From positions 1 through 64,000 of the forward strand of contig NW_027191417.1 in the NCBI RefSeq assembly GCF_041146345.1: a stretch of DNA of 64,000 bases, written 5' to 3'. This DNA comes from Neodothiora populina. Its lineage: Eukaryota. Position 1 is the stretch's first letter; the number at the start of each line of letters is the position of its first letter. The notes below the pieces were generated by a model, which searched no databases, was not told where the DNA came from, and was given only the letters and a program-made list of their open reading frames with translations. This document shows positions 24,610 to 38,530 of this stretch, piece by piece. Both the position numbers and the translations under genes were made by a program.

Positions 24610-26365
24610 ATGTCTTCTCACCATAACCCAGCAGTGGCGGTCGAGAAGAGCTGTTCCCCGAGTCATAGTATTGATGCAAAGCAGGGGGTGTTCGATGTAT
24701 CAAGCGACGCGAAGGAGGCTGCTGTCATTGGCGAGTCTAGCAGCTTCATACTAGATCCCAGGAAGGAGCGTCGTCTTGTATGGAAATTCGATCTTCGCAT
24801 TCTTCCTGTGCTCGCTGTCATGTATCTCTTCAACTCTCTGGACAAGTCCAATCTGGGTACGACATCTCTTACGCATCTTTTATGGTCCCTGCTCACATGT
24901 ATAGGAAATGCAAAAACCGCGGGTCTCGAGAACTCATTGGGCATGAACCCGAACGGAAACCAATACAGTCTCAGTCTGAGCATTTTCTATATTCCCTACG
25001 TCCTGACCGCTCCATTCCTCGCATTGCTGGGCAAGAAATATGGTCCGAGTCGAGTCTTGCCTCTCATGATGTTTACCTTTGGATCCATGACTCTTCTCAT
25101 CACTACGACAAAGAACTTCGCTGGTCTCATGACATTGCGCTGGTTCTTGGGAATGGCAGAAAGTGCCTTCTTCCCTCTGGTCATCTACTATCAGACAACG
25201 TAAGTCGTAACGCTGGGTCCAGACTTCTCCTGATGTGCCGTCATATGACTAACAAACTATAGCTTCTACCGCCGCGGTGAACTTGCTCGTAGACTTGCGG
25301 TATTCTACGCAGCATCCAACATAGCTGCTGCATTCGGTGGCCTCCTCTCCTTTGGAGTGTTCCAAATTGAGGGAGGAGCGCTCGACTCATGGCGCTATCT
25401 TTTTGTGGTTGAGGGCGCTGCCACTGTGCTCTTTGCCATCTTCGCATACTTCGTTCTCCCAATGTCAGCGGCAGAAGCGAGCTTCCTGACGGAAGAGGAG
25501 AAGGAGATAGCATATCACCGCATGCAGATAGACAGCTCTTCGGTGGTGAACGAGAAACTCGACTGGAAACGAGGGTTGTCAGTCTTCAAGGAGTGGACAT
25601 CCTGGGCTACCTTGGCCATTCAGATCTGCGTTGGTGTCCCATTATCCTCCGTCAGCCTTTTCCTCCCGCAAATCATCAGCCGATTAGTAAGTCGACATCC
25701 CAGCTCTCGCTACACGATATCTCGATGCTAATTCCATCAAGGGCTATGGCAAAGTCAAGACCAATCTGTACACTGTAGCTCCAAATGTTACAGGTGCGGT
25801 GATGTTGTTAGTACTCGGGTTCTCTAGCGACTACAGCCGTCTGCGATTCCCCTTCGTCGCACTCGGCTTCGCCTTCACATGCATAGGCTTCATCATCTTT
25901 GCAAACGTCGACATTCACTCGCAGCTCCAAGTCGCCTACTTTTCATGTTTCATGATGACCTGGGGTACCAGCGCACCCTCTGTTCTTCTGGGTGAGTTGT
26001 TTTTGTTGTCCAGTATTCGTGCATTACTAACCAATTCACTAGATGTATGGTACAACAACAACCTTGCGGACGAGAACCAACGCATTGTGTTGACATCCAT
26101 TGGAGTTCCCATGGCCAACTTGATGGGTCTTGTTTCTTCCAACATTTTCCAGAACAAGGACAAGCCGAAGTACCTCCCCGCTCTCATTACCACCGCAGCA
26201 TTCGGTGGCACTGGTTGCATTCTCACAGTGCTTTTGGGCCTGTGGATGGTGTACGACAACAAGCGACGCAATAGAGTACAAGGAACAAATCTCAGAGCGA
26301 AGGATGTGCCGACCGAGAGATTAAGAGATGGACCAGATTCGCCCGAGTTCAGATGGTTTCTATAG
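24610..26365 (+). CDS. MFS anion:cation symporter (DAL5/allantoate permease family)
   Basis: KFDLRILP, LDKSNLG-NAK, FYRRGELARR, WRYLFVVEG motifs; four introns; stop TAG 26365. Confidence 0.92.
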
Positions 26366-26651
26366 ATGCTCATACGATAACAAGTCTACGATTTTATGCA
26401 TAAATATAGTTGAGCTGCTACCCGATGCTATGAGCCATGACTTGTCCAGTTCCACGACCCGAGTTCATACCATGTCTATGTGTTATCTCGAACCTCTTGT
26501 CAATCACCTGTTGATTGCTTCTTATATACTCTGCAGTGTACTTTTCTTACATGTTGAGGGATATAAGGTGTCAGATTGATGAAGTGTTCATATCATGAGT
26601 ATTCATACGAGCAAATTACATGATATGGTTTATAATATCTATATATCATCC

Positions 26652-28876
26652 TTACTTGTTCAGTTTCCATACGAAGACATCAGCAGGCGAAATTGCATCG
26701 CCTGATCCGATGAGTAGTTGACCATCCACTTCTGGTAGGCTTTGCGACGTTGATCCGTAGTTGAATGCCCATAGCAAGTCTCCTCTTCGCATGAGTCTCA
26801 GCGAATCCCCCAAGTCGTTCTCCTTTGTAGGAACTCTGCCGACCAGATCTTTGATGTCGGCCTTAGCAGCGACATCACCCAGGTAGGAAACAAGGAAATC
26901 TACCGGTGGATTGAAAGCAAGATAGTGGAGATCATCCTCTGCGCAAGCGGCGGGTTTACCGGGTCGATGCGGCGAGGTATACGTGACGGTCGAATTGCTA
27001 GTCTTGCCCTCACGGGCACACGAGATCCATTCCTCACGACGAGAAATGTTGTATTCTTTGCCTTGGTAGCTTACACCGCTACCTGCATAGCTAGGGTGTG
27101 TCTCGACGCGGGTGACTCGCATTGACAAGCGCTCTCTCAAGGTACCGACTGAAGGATTTAGCCCTGGCGTGTATGCAAAATCTGGTGTGAGAGCGCCTGT
27201 GTGCGGGCCGAAGACTGCAGGACCAGTGAAATTAGACAAGGCAGTATTGAAAGCCTCCGTGATGATGGACATGCTCGGCACAACAACCATCTTGTATCCG
27301 TCAAGATTTGCATCTGGAGCAACAATGTCGATGCTGAGGCCGAGACGTCGTAGTGCAGAGTAGAAGTTCATGACCAGATCAGTGTATTGGAGCACGGCAT
27401 CCTGGAAGCTGGCATCTTTAACTGACCATTCACCGCTGTAAGGCTCAATTGTCCAGACCCAGTGGGAGGTGTAGTCCCAGATGAGAGCGACATCAGCCTG
27501 AGGTTCCTCTGTCAAGGTCGTGGCACCCCAGCAGTGTGGGCAGATCTTCTTTGGCGACAATCTGTGCCTCGATAAAGCCCTGATCTTCACTGTCGTCGGC
27601 GGTGAAAAGACCAGACAATGTCTGCTCTTGTGCGTACGGGACTTGACGCCAGCGGAAATAATTGACCAGATTGCCAGAAGCCGCGAAAGTTTCGAGGGTC
27701 CAAAGGCGGACTTGACCTTCTGCAGGAGAAACGCGATATGTGTTCCAGTTCAGTACGCCCGGCTCCATCTCCATGACTCCAAAAGGCCCGTGATTCTTCT
27801 GATAAGCTGCTCCGGCAATTGAACGATACAAAGCATGATGCATAGCTGTATAATCAGGTGGCCCAGTACGAAGATACTTGGCCATGGTCTCGTCTGTCAT
27901 GTCCGTGAACTTGTCAAAAGCAGAGAGAGGGTATTCGTCAAATGTAGCTAGATCAATCCCAACTTCGCGGCTGAACTTGTAGTGATCGAAGTCGGTGAAC
28001 ATCATCTGGAAGTTGGTTGTGATGGCTTTACCTGGCGAATACCGTCTTATAATTGTCGCTTGTTCTTTCGCAAAGTCGGTAACCATATCGGAACTAAACT
28101 CATACCAATCGAGAGTGTGAAGTTCGTTGGTGGTATATACATTGAGAAAGGGTGGTTGTACAGCGTCAAAATCCGTATATTGTGAGGACCAGAAGACGCG
28201 ACCTTGCGCCTCATTCATGTTCTCGATCGTGGTATACTTTTGCTTCAACCAAGCCCTGAATCTCGTGATCGCATCCGGATCATAGGAACGCACGGTATCA
28301 TGACAACCAAATTCATTGTCTAGCTGCCACACAACTACGTTGGGATTGTCACCGTATCGTTGGGCAAGCTTCTGAGTAATCTTCTGGCTTTGCTCACGAT
28401 AGGAAAAAGAGGACATGCTGTAGTGTCTTCGAGACCCGAATATCAATGTGGCGTTGGTGCGGTCCACATAGTTGACGTCGTACTTGTTTGTAAGCCAATT
28501 CGGCGGCGTGGCGGTAGGGGTGCCGATGATGGCCTTGAGGCCGTACTTGCCAAATAGGTCCAAGGTCTTGTCTAGAAGAGTGAAATTGTAAACACCTTCA
28601 CTGGTTTCCAATGAGAGATCAGTCAAATTCATTGATTCGGACGAAGGAAATATTGGAATCCTTCATGCGAGCCACGTCGGGCTCCCACATGGCTTCTGGC
28701 CATTGAGATGGATAATAATCAACCGCTATATGAAGACCGCTAGACCAGCGATCTTGGTTCGGAGCAAGAGTGACATTCTGATCACGTCTTATCACGGTCT
28801 CGCGACCGGTAGCAAAACTAACAGCAGTCCCTGCCAGAGAGCTGGTAACGATATAGGTAATCCGTGACACACGCAT
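26652..28876 (-). pseudogene. GH42 beta-galactosidase, secreted, intronless, disrupted
   Basis: DYYPSQW, GTPTATPP.W, WQLDNEFGCH (acid/base), VMEMEPG (nucleophile region), YFRWR..EQ..SG, trimerisation domain. TGA plus frameshift at ~28610-28621 and a frameshift at ~27528. Confidence 0.92.
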
Positions 28877-29788
28877 GTTTGCTTAGTGATGATCTCAATG
28901 ACACCAAGTCTTTACTCTTAGTCGGCTCGCTGGTTATATATACTCAGCAATGTTGGAACTATGATCGGCATACTGCCGACCAATCTGCCCCTCCATGTAG
29001 ATCATCTCGTGATTGAGGTAATGCTGCACGTCCAAGATCGTCATCGCTCAACCCTTCGATGAGGTATACGAGGTCAGTGTCCACCTGGATACTACCTTAC
29101 CTTGGTGGAGCACTGAGCATAAGGTAGGCTCGAGTTTTCATGTGCCAAGGCCGTGGTGTGGGGTACATACACTCAATCACGTGTGGCGGTGAGAACGTGG
29201 CAGGAGCCTCGACCTGTGAGTCTTGGTGAAGCAATCATATGGGAAATCGACAAAGATATGGGTAAGCTAGGCAGAGTTCATGTCGGTGGCACATCCAGTA
29301 TGCCATGTGCAAACGCTGCACCCCTGTCAGATTCTGACATTCTCGGTATGGTGACAATCGGATACCGTCTGCTCGGGAGAATTCTCGCGTGACTAAGGTA
29401 CCTAGACTGTGGAGAAGGTGGTGCTAAGTGCGGGCCGATATCGTGTGCATCTAAGCGGAGGCGGGGTTGAATTGCGGGTGTGATTCGCTTGTTTCGATAC
29501 AATGATCAACCGATACCGAGATTGTAGAAGATGTGTGCTGTCTATAGTATACATGCAAAATTCGCTGAATTTCTCGAACGATTTCCGACGTGATGTCCCG
29601 TGCTCTTTTCTGGTCAGAAGATAAACCGAAAAAGATCACGAGCGCGGCGCTGGTGGATCTGCGATTCAAGCGAGTGTCTTGCTATTATTTCACATTGCGG
29701 GGTCGTAAACATGGATATCTACCTTACGTTTGCCGTTGGAGTACCAGCGCTTATGTAAGACCCTGGGGGGGTGGGTGTCCCTTGAGTT

Positions 29789-31013
29789 TCAATGCACCCG
29801 GCCAGCGTGCATTCCTCCTGTGATCAACAACTCGCCACTTGTCATATATGCACTGGCATCTGCCAAAAGGTACACTGCAGCAGCCTTGAGGTCTGTTCTG
29901 TCACCTATTCGCTTCATTGGTGGCTCGGTGTTGAAAATCTCGCCGAGTCGGGGCCTTGACTTTACCAAATCTATCGTCATGTCCGTTGCCATGTACCTGG
30001 TCATAGAGTTAGTTCTGTCTTTACATCATGTCACGGAGCAGAAAACCCTTACCCAGGAGATATACAGTTGACCCTGATTTGTTGATCGGCCAGCTCAACG
30101 CCTAATTGTCGCGTCAAGGATAGCACACCTCCCTTACTCATACAGTAATCGCTGGTGTATTGATCTCTGCTGGCCCGGTGAGCAGCCACTGAAGCAATCA
30201 TGACAATCGATCCCGCGCCCGAGGCTTCGTTATTCAGAGGCTGGCTGACCATTTGCCTCGCTGCAAGCTGGGTACAATAGTAAGTTCCGAGGTTGTTGAT
30301 CTCGAGACATTTCTTGACAGACTTGGGGTCTCTGTCGAGGAATGGCTGATCTGGACAGATACCTGCTGCAGTAATCCTGTAGGTGCATCAGCGGTGTCCT
30401 ACAAATCACCCAATTTCTAGCTAGCACGTACAGTCCATCTATGCGTCCGAAGTCTTTGATGATATCATTGAACGTCTGCTGCAGTACATCGTAATTGGTG
30501 ACATCCGATCTATATTAAATTAATACAAATCCACTATTCGCACATAACTTTTACTGACTGATAGTATCGCAGCTCTGAGCAGATCTCTTGCAGCTGAGCA
30601 CATGCCTCGTGAGGCTGAGGAGATGCATCGACGATGGCTACTTTGCCCCCAGCTTCAGCTACCGCAAACGCCAAAGCCAGACCAATTCCTCTGGCAGCCC
30701 CAGTTATAACCGCTACGCGGTCCTTCAATGACATGAGATCCATCACATTTGTAGTCAGGTAGCTGTTAGGGTCTATGGTTGCCCTGTAGGTCGAATTCTT
30801 TGCTGCATCGGTAGATATCCCCCTTGAAGACGACAACACAGAACTACTCGAAGTCGACCAAGCTGTTGCTCGCTCTAGTGAAGAAGCCGACAGCAAGCGC
30901 CGAGGTGATGATTCCGCCAAGCGGCGACGAGTGAGAATACCAGAACTCGCCGCTCTTTGTCTAGCAGCGACTAAAGGCGCGGAACGTGAGAGTGAAATGA
31001 CAGCCTTGCTCAT
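29789..31013 (-). CDS. SDR polyol/ketose oxidoreductase (D-arabinitol 2-dehydrogenase/sorbose reductase-like) with long N-terminal presequence
   Basis: ITGAARGIG, YCMSKGG, VNCISPGYM, YMTSGELLITGG. Spliced frame intact over 3 introns. N-terminus is Arg/Ser/Ala/Leu-rich and nearly acid-free. Confidence 0.88.
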
Positions 31014-31114
31014 TTTTGCGGTAGTTGTAGCAGAAGAGAATCAATACCAAATTTGTTAATGTACACGGAACATATCGCCGTATATACTCAGATTTTGAGT
31101 ACACGTGAGAATAT

Positions 31115-31243
31115 CTCCGCCAGGGTGGATTACGGCTATATACCCTAATACCCTGTATTGCCTACAATGCGTTTACCTCAGCTGGTACACAACCGACCTG
31201 AGCCATTCCCCAAGCGCGATCCCCACCAACCCCGCATCTCCAC
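31115..31243. promoter_or_regulatory. Four CreA-type SYGGRG sites upstream of the SDR
   Basis: CTCCGC 31115, CCCCAC 31221, CCCCGC 31230, CTCCAC 31238 (all SYGGRG on minus strand). Confidence 0.45.
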
Positions 31244-31528
31244 ATAATACCGCAACCTTCTGTAGCCTGTTCGATTAGCCGCGCACAATGCTTTGGCTTT
31301 ACTCACCGCAAGAACCAGTTTATAAATAGATCTCGGGGGATAACTGCATGGGTCAGATATTTCTATCTATGTCGACATCTTACTAATGAGTATAACAACA
31401 AGTTTCTCGAGTCCTAATGCTCGGTATGACTGAATGTACAGTATGTCACGACAACAGCGCGGTGAACTTTCAATTGCAGATCAGGTCTAATGGGTAAGTG
31501 TTGGTATTACTATGTTCTGCTATCCATC

Positions 31529-33012
31529 TCATATGTTGAGCGTAATGTTCTTCATGATCTGAAACTCGGCCAATCCATACTTGCTACCCTCTTTACCCAG
31601 CCCGGACTCTTTGATACCTCCAAAAGGAGCTTCTGCAGCACTAATCTTGCCGGTGTTGACGCCCACGATGCCGACCTCGAGCTCGTTCGAGACACGCCAG
31701 ATGGTCCTGAGGTTTTCGGCGAACATGTATCCTGCCAACCCAAACTCGGTATCATTGGCCATCTGTAGCACATCGTCAACTGTATCGAATGCGAAGATAG
31801 GTGCCAAGGGTCCAAAAGTCTCGTCTTTGGCAACAAGCATGGATGTCGTCACGCCAGTCAAGATCGCTGGCTCGATATAACACTTGCCCAGATCTGCTCT
31901 TGCTTTGCCTCCGTACAACAGTCTGGCACCTTTGCTGACAGCGTCATCAATGTGGCTCTTGACCTTAGTGACAGCGGCTTCGTTGACGAGCGGCCCACGC
32001 GTGGTCGTTTGGTCCATTCCAGAGCCGACCTTGAATTTCCTCACACGCTCGAGAAGGGCCTCGACAAACTTGTCGTGGATTCCCCATTGCACAAATAATC
32101 TGTTTGCGCACACACAGGTTTGACCAGAGCAACGGTACTTGCAAGCTACAACACCTTCGATAGCCTTGGAGATATCAGCATCATCGAAGACAATGAACGG
32201 TGCGTTGCCACCGAGCTCCATGGACACCTTCTTCATCGTGCCGGCAGCCTTTGCGGTAATCATCTTGCCTACGCCCGTGGGACCAGTAAAGCTGACTTTC
32301 TTGATGATGGGATTCGTGTAAAGCTCTGTGACTGCGTTCCGGTCACGAGTCGGTACGACTTGGATAACGTTGGGTGGAAGTCCGGCATCTTGTGCTAGAG
32401 CTGCAAGGGCCAGGGTGCAGAGGGGTGTCTCACTTGGGGGCTTGATGATAACTGTGCAGCCCGCAGCTATAGCTATAGCTGGTCCAAGTTTCTTTGTAAT
32501 CATCGCGATGGGAAAGTTCCAAGGAGCAATGATGGAACAGACACCAATCGGTTGGCGGATGATGAAATTCGTGCTTCCGACGTGTTGTGAAGGGACGATG
32601 TCTCCATAGGATCGAATAGCCTCCTCAGCGAACCAAGTGATGAAGCTTGCGCCATATTCTACCTCGCCTTCAGCCTTAGCCAATGTCTTGCCGTTCTCCA
32701 GAGTCAAAATCACCGCAAGATCTTTGGCGTTGTCCTGATCAAAGCAGCGAATTTGTGCAGTATCTTGGACCGTGCATGTTCAGTTGTAGTCCGGAACTCC
32801 TTGAAGCATGACTCCGCGTGAGAGATGGCTTTCTTGAAGTCATCCACACCAAGGTCGGCGATGTTTGCAATGACTTTGTCTGTCGCCGGATCATAGACAG
32901 GGAAGGTCTTCGGTCCAGGAACCCATTCACCACCGATGAACCCTGATTCTATGAATAAAGATGCGTTAGAGATAGCCTCCTCGACAGAAGCGGGGTGCGA
33001 TGAATAAGACAT
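31529..33012 (-). pseudogene. Succinate-semialdehyde dehydrogenase-like aldehyde dehydrogenase with one frameshift
   Basis: PWNFP, KPPSETP, MELGGNAPF, SGQTCVCANR, ETFGP, PFGGIKESG. -1 frameshift at ~32735 (IR/DNAKDLAVILTLENGK), 6-bp duplication AIAIAA (32465-32480), FTGPT instead of FTGST. Confidence 0.9.
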
Positions 33013-33591
33013 GTTACTAGTGGATGGCAGCGAGGGCAAAATCACATTGAATCGATACCAAGAATTTAGAAAATTTGAGGCGCCGCTGGGATGTATAAAA
33101 TATTTGACATTCGCTTACAAGAATCTCACTATAACTAGAGGGACCATAACCAGAGAGGCTGCGTTTCGCTTATATGCTCGACATGGCCAACAATGTCGAC
33201 AACCATCCAAAGGTTCCGGACGTAGCATGGCAGATGGCCGGAATTCGTAATCGCAACGACAGATATCCACTCTGCGACTCATTTCATGTTATATATATTA
33301 ATAATAATTATCGGAAACAGTGGTTCGGTCTACCCCATGTTAAGAAATCTCCAGGTTCGGAACAAATGTTCGTAGGGAAGGAACCCGCACAGTCACATGT
33401 TAAGCTCGGCTATATAGCTCGGTCATTGACTATTTGCTCGCATTATAATAACCGTCCAACGATTGTGTCGGCTTGTTAATGATCAATCAGGCGAAGAGCC
33501 GAAGTAAATAATCAAATCCACAAATAGAGCTTCGCTGACACATGTTGAAGAATGAACATCTATCTTGTCATACCCTTTTTGAACCGCGGCC

Positions 33592-35732
33592 ATGAATGGA
33601 CATGTCGATACCGCACAAATCGCAAGGATGTTGTCTGCTCATGAGAAAGAAGACAACCAAGCTGTCAAAGAACTCAGAAAGTTCGTCATAGATATTTGTC
33701 GACAGAATGGTGGCGGTCATGGTGGTTCTGCCATCGGCATGGCGCCTATGGCTGTGGCCCTTTGGAAATATGCGATGCGATACAATCCCTCAGACCCAGA
33801 GGTGAGTAACAGACCATAAGTGTATTACATAAGTCGCATCAACTGAGAAGTGTGTTGTTACAGTGGTTCGACCGGGATCGCTTCGTTCTTTCCAATGGCC
33901 ACGCAGCGATGTTACAATATTCTATGCTACATCTTGCGGGATACCCCCACATGACTGTCGATGAGATCAAACTCTACGGAAGTGCAAAGGCAGTCGATCT
34001 ATCAACCGGCGAATGGAAAGCCACGATCTGCCATGCGCATCCAGAAAATGAGGTTCCCGGAATCGAGGTTACGACTGGACCACTTGGACAGGGTGTGGCA
34101 AATGCTGTTGGTTTAGCTATTGCATCAAAGAATCTAGCTGGAATCTTCAACAAGCCTGATGCTGATGTAGTCGGTTCCCATATCTATTGTGTCACAGGAG
34201 ACGGTTGTATCCAGGAAGGAGTTGCGAACGAGGCTATCGCCATTGCTGGCCATCTTGCTCTTGACAACCTGACACTGCTTTATGACAATAATCAAGTGAC
34301 TTGCGACGGACCCCTTGACTGGATCGTATCTGAGGATGTCGATGCCAAGATCCGAGCCATGGGATGGTATGTTATTGATGTCCTCGATGGAGATTCGTCT
34401 GTCGCAAGCATCACTAAAGCTCTGGCCGATGCAAAAGCATGCAAGGGCAAGCCGACTTTCATCAACATCCGCACGACCATCGGTTATGGCACAACGACAG
34501 CTGGCACTTACAAGTCTCACCATGGCACGTATACGGACGACGATGCCGCGAAGCAAGCTTCCGAAGGTGTTGAGGCTACACATACCTTGACTGAAGGCAC
34601 AAAGAAATATTGGAGTGAAGTCGTCGCCCGTGGTGAGAAGCTCGAAGGAGCATGGAATGAGAAGGTCAAGAACTACTCATCTGCACACCCTGAGCTTCAC
34701 GAAGCCTTGCAGAACCGACTACAAGGCCGATACAATTTCGAAGAGATCCTGGAGTCGTTGAAGGCCCCGGACACGATCAAAGCCACTCGTGAATTCAACG
34801 GCGTTGTGTTCAACAAGCTTATGGACAATATCCCAAACATGATCGCTGGAGGCGCCGATCTATGGAATTCGAATCAGATGGGAGACCAATCAAGCCGAGT
34901 GTTTGATCGCGATTCCCCAGCTGGTAGATTCATCCGATATGGTATCCGAGAACACGCAATGGCTGCCATATCTAATGGCCTCGCTGCATACAGCCCTGGA
35001 TGCTTTGTACCCGTCACAGCTACATTCTTCATGTTCTACCTTTACGCAGCCGCAGGCGTACGTATGGGCGCCTTGAGCGATCTCAAGGTCATTCATGTCG
35101 CAACACATGACTCTATAGGAGAGGGTCAGAACGGACAAACACATCAGCCGGTTGAGCTCGATTCTCTTTTTCGCGCAATGCCAAAGATACAATACATTCG
35201 ACCATCGGACAGTGAGGAAGTCATCGGAGCCTGGATGGTAGCGCTCGGAGCCGAGAACAAGCCCAGTATCATCTCCTTGGCTCGCGACCCAGCCCTGTCC
35301 CTGATTACAAACACTGACCGACACAAAGTCCGTAAAGGAGGCTACGTGATCGTTGAAAAGGAAGATGCTGTTGTAACCTTGATTTCATGTGGTTCTGAGC
35401 TCCAATTCGCCGTTGAGGCATCAAAGCAGCTAACTGCTGCTGGGATACCGACTAGAGTGGTCAGTATGCCGAGTATCCGCCTGTTCGAAGAGCAGCCTGA
35501 AGGTTATCAGGATTCAGTTCTATCGACAAAGCATATCATCTCGGTCGAAGCATATGTATCTAGTATGTGGGCACGCTTCTGTACTGCGTCTGTCGCAATG
35601 GACTCGTTCGGCTACTCGGGGGCTGGTAAAGAGAATTTTGCCCGCTTTGGCATTGACACGGATGGCATCGTGAGGAAAGTGAAGGCTGAAGTTAAAGGGG
35701 CAGCGCACCGTCGCTGGAAACTGTTGAAGTAG
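33592..35732 (+). CDS. Transketolase, dihydroxyacetone-synthase-like clade
   Basis: GGHGGSAIGMAP..LWKY, DRFVLSNGH, TTGPLGQG, TPP motif GDGCIQEG..N, YGIREHAM, THDS..THQP; intron 33802-33863. Confidence 0.92.
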
Positions 35733-36470
35733 TGCCGTACTGCTAGATCTCCTTGTAATCCAGTTCCTTAACTTTGATTATCGGTCCTTCGGGTGCTTGC
35801 CTTCTCAGCTAGCTGTCGTGTCCATGTCAACTATACCTTCTTACGTGCTGACAGAAGCCCCTTGGCCACGAACGCATCCTCGAGGATACGTCGAACCGTC
35901 TTCGTCTAGCCTGATACAGAGCATATGCCGGAAACAGCCCGATCTGAAGAACCCGGATCGAGGCACGAGTCAGCAGGACACGTGCCGACTCCAGCTTCCC
36001 CGCACCTCCACAAGCCAAGTCACCCTAGCACAATAGCGCACGGGAGAGAGTGTGGGGGACGCTGCAGGCTGTATCAGACCCCTTCTACCTGACTTCATGA
36101 CAAGGATATGTGATTACAGACTAGATTGATCTTGCCTATGCCAATAGTCCTGCGTAGATCAGATCAGGTAAGTGACAACATGTTTTTGCGAAAGCCGATA
36201 CCAAGATAGTCTGTCTGCATGAAGCCTAATTTACCTGCACATGCGTCCGATCCGACAGTACAATTCGGGGGGCCCCAGAGGCTGTGGGACAGGCATAGCA
36301 AAGACCCAGCGGCTTCTCGATCACAAGAGACTTAGCGTACGATTGCCCGGACCTGATTTGTATAAAGACATCCTTAAACTGCATCCAATTAATTTCGACC
36401 TTCTCTCATCAGGTTCTTCTACTTCACCAAAGAAACACACTAATCTCGTCCCCCCTTGCTCATAGTCATC

Positions 36471-38530
36471 ATGTCGGCCACTAGAACTTGGTTCAAGCCG
36501 GGCAAGCAGACCCAAGTCGCCATTACTATCAATTGTCTCCATGCCTTCTTCTTGTAGGGGTTATTTTGCAGCGCCTTTTCCAGCTCCACCACTAACATCA
36601 AGTACGTAGGTTCGGTTACGATCAAGGTGTTTTCGGTGGTCTGATATCGAATCCCGATTTCTTGGATATTGTAGACCATCCTTCTGAAGCCCTGTTGGGC
36701 TTTATCGGTAAGCGTCACTCAATTCTCTCCATGCCCCATACAGCACAACTAACAACGTCTTGCATAGTCTCGAGTTACAATCTCGGTTGTTTAAGTGGTT
36801 GTCTTCTGAACTTTGCTGCTGGCAGCTATCTGAGTCGAAGACAGGCTCTATGGACTGCGATGTTCATGATCAGTGCAGGCGCTGTGCTGCAGATGACTGC
36901 TTTCGGTGTAAGTTTCCACGGTTCAGCTGTGCGAACCTTGACCATCTGACAGAATTTAGACACCCCAAATGATCGTTGGCCGTATCATTACCGGCATTGG
37001 TGTCGGCATCGACACATCAACCGTTCCCATGTAGCAAGTAGTCATTAAATCCCCAGCCCGTGTCACTGCTAAGATTTCACTAGCCAAGCCGAGTTATGCA
37101 AGGCCCACGTTAGAGGACGTCTGGTCACCACCGAGGTAAGTAGATTTATTGCCGCTCTTTCGACAGGTCTTGTTCGCTAAGTGTATCTGCAGGTTTTGTT
37201 TACCGCCCTTGGCATAGTTTTCGCCTATTTTTTTGCCTATGGCATGGACTTTGTAGGAGGCGCCATCGCTTGGAGACTGCCCATCGCCATGCAAATCGTT
37301 CCTGCATTGGTCATCTCTGTCATTCTTATCGGCCTACCAGAGACACCTAGATATCTCATAACACAAGGCCGAACAGAGGATGCAATCGCAGTCATGTGTC
37401 AGGTTTATGGTACAACTCCCGATGACGAGTACATTCAAACTGAGAAAGCCGGCATCATGGAGAGTTTGGCGATTGAGACTGAGCAGCCTTTCCGATGGTT
37501 ACATGTCTTCAAGAAAGATCGTATCCACACAGGATGGAGAGTAGCCCTATCTTTCATGGTGCTTGCATTCAACCAAGTAAGTCCACCAGCAGACGCAGAA
37601 ATCGATAGGATGCAATCACTAATTATGTCTCAGTGGTGTGGAATCAACGTCGTCGTCTTTTATATTGCTACCGTCCTGGAAAATAACGTCGGCCTATCAA
37701 GAAATTCGTCTCTTATCGCTGGTGGTTGTATCAACCTTGCTTTCGCTGTCGGTTCACTCGTACCTGCACTATATTCGGACCGTATTGGACGTAGGAAGCC
37801 TATGAGTAAGCGACCTCCATTATCCGTTCCATTGAGGCAGAAGGAAGAAACTGACAAACTTACTCAGTGATCGGTACAATCGGCATGGGCTTTTCGCTGA
37901 TGTGCATTGCTATCCTTCTTTCGTTCCAGGGTTCGCCGCAAGAAGGCATTACCTCGAAAGCTTCCATTGCATTTTTTGTGATTGTAAGGCTCAGATCGTT
38001 GCTTCTATGCTGATCGGAAATGCTGACAGTCGGCTCTTTAGTATATGGTGTTCTTCGGCTCTAGCTTGAACGCAATTCCATGGTGCTATGCCACTGAGAT
38101 TCTCCCCTTGAAGGTGCGCCAAAAAGGCACATCATTGGCAGTTATGGTTAACTAGATCTGTGTAAGTCACACATAAGGCAGGGTTATCGACGGCGAAACT
38201 GACACCCAAAGGTTTTCATTATCGTTATGACCACACCAACCATGATCGCCAATATTCGCTGGCAGACCTACCTAGTCTTCATGTCCTGCGTAAGTCTGCT
38301 CCAGATTCTGAAAGTACATGTAGTACAAGCGCTGATGAATGCAGAATTTCGTGATTGCGCCTCTTATCTACTTCCTCTACCCAGAAACTGCACGACTGTC
38401 CTTGGAGGAGATCGATCATATCTTCATCAAGGATGATCCATTGTCTCTCGATCACACTGAGTCACCAGAACCAGAAAAGTACCCCAAGGTGCACGAGACC
38501 GGCAAAATTGAAGTTACACGGATAGAGTAA
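36471..38530 (+). pseudogene. MFS sugar porter with premature stop
   Basis: GYDQG, GRIITGIG, PETPRYL, SDRIGRR, YATEILP..RQKG, YPET across ~9 introns (one GC-AG at ~37034). The conserved NW codon is TAG at 38153-38155. Confidence 0.85.

Noticed and set aside
14283..35732. Methanol-utilisation module linking PME and DAS-like transketolase
   Set aside because: 18 kb apart, no alcohol oxidase or DHA kinase in the window, and the transketolase lacks a PTS1.
11893..38155. Stop-codon reassignment or readthrough explaining in-frame stops
   Set aside because: Stops are of all three types and replace different inferred residues (Gln, Trp). They co-occur with frameshifts, and intact genes use TAG/TGA/TAA as normal terminators.
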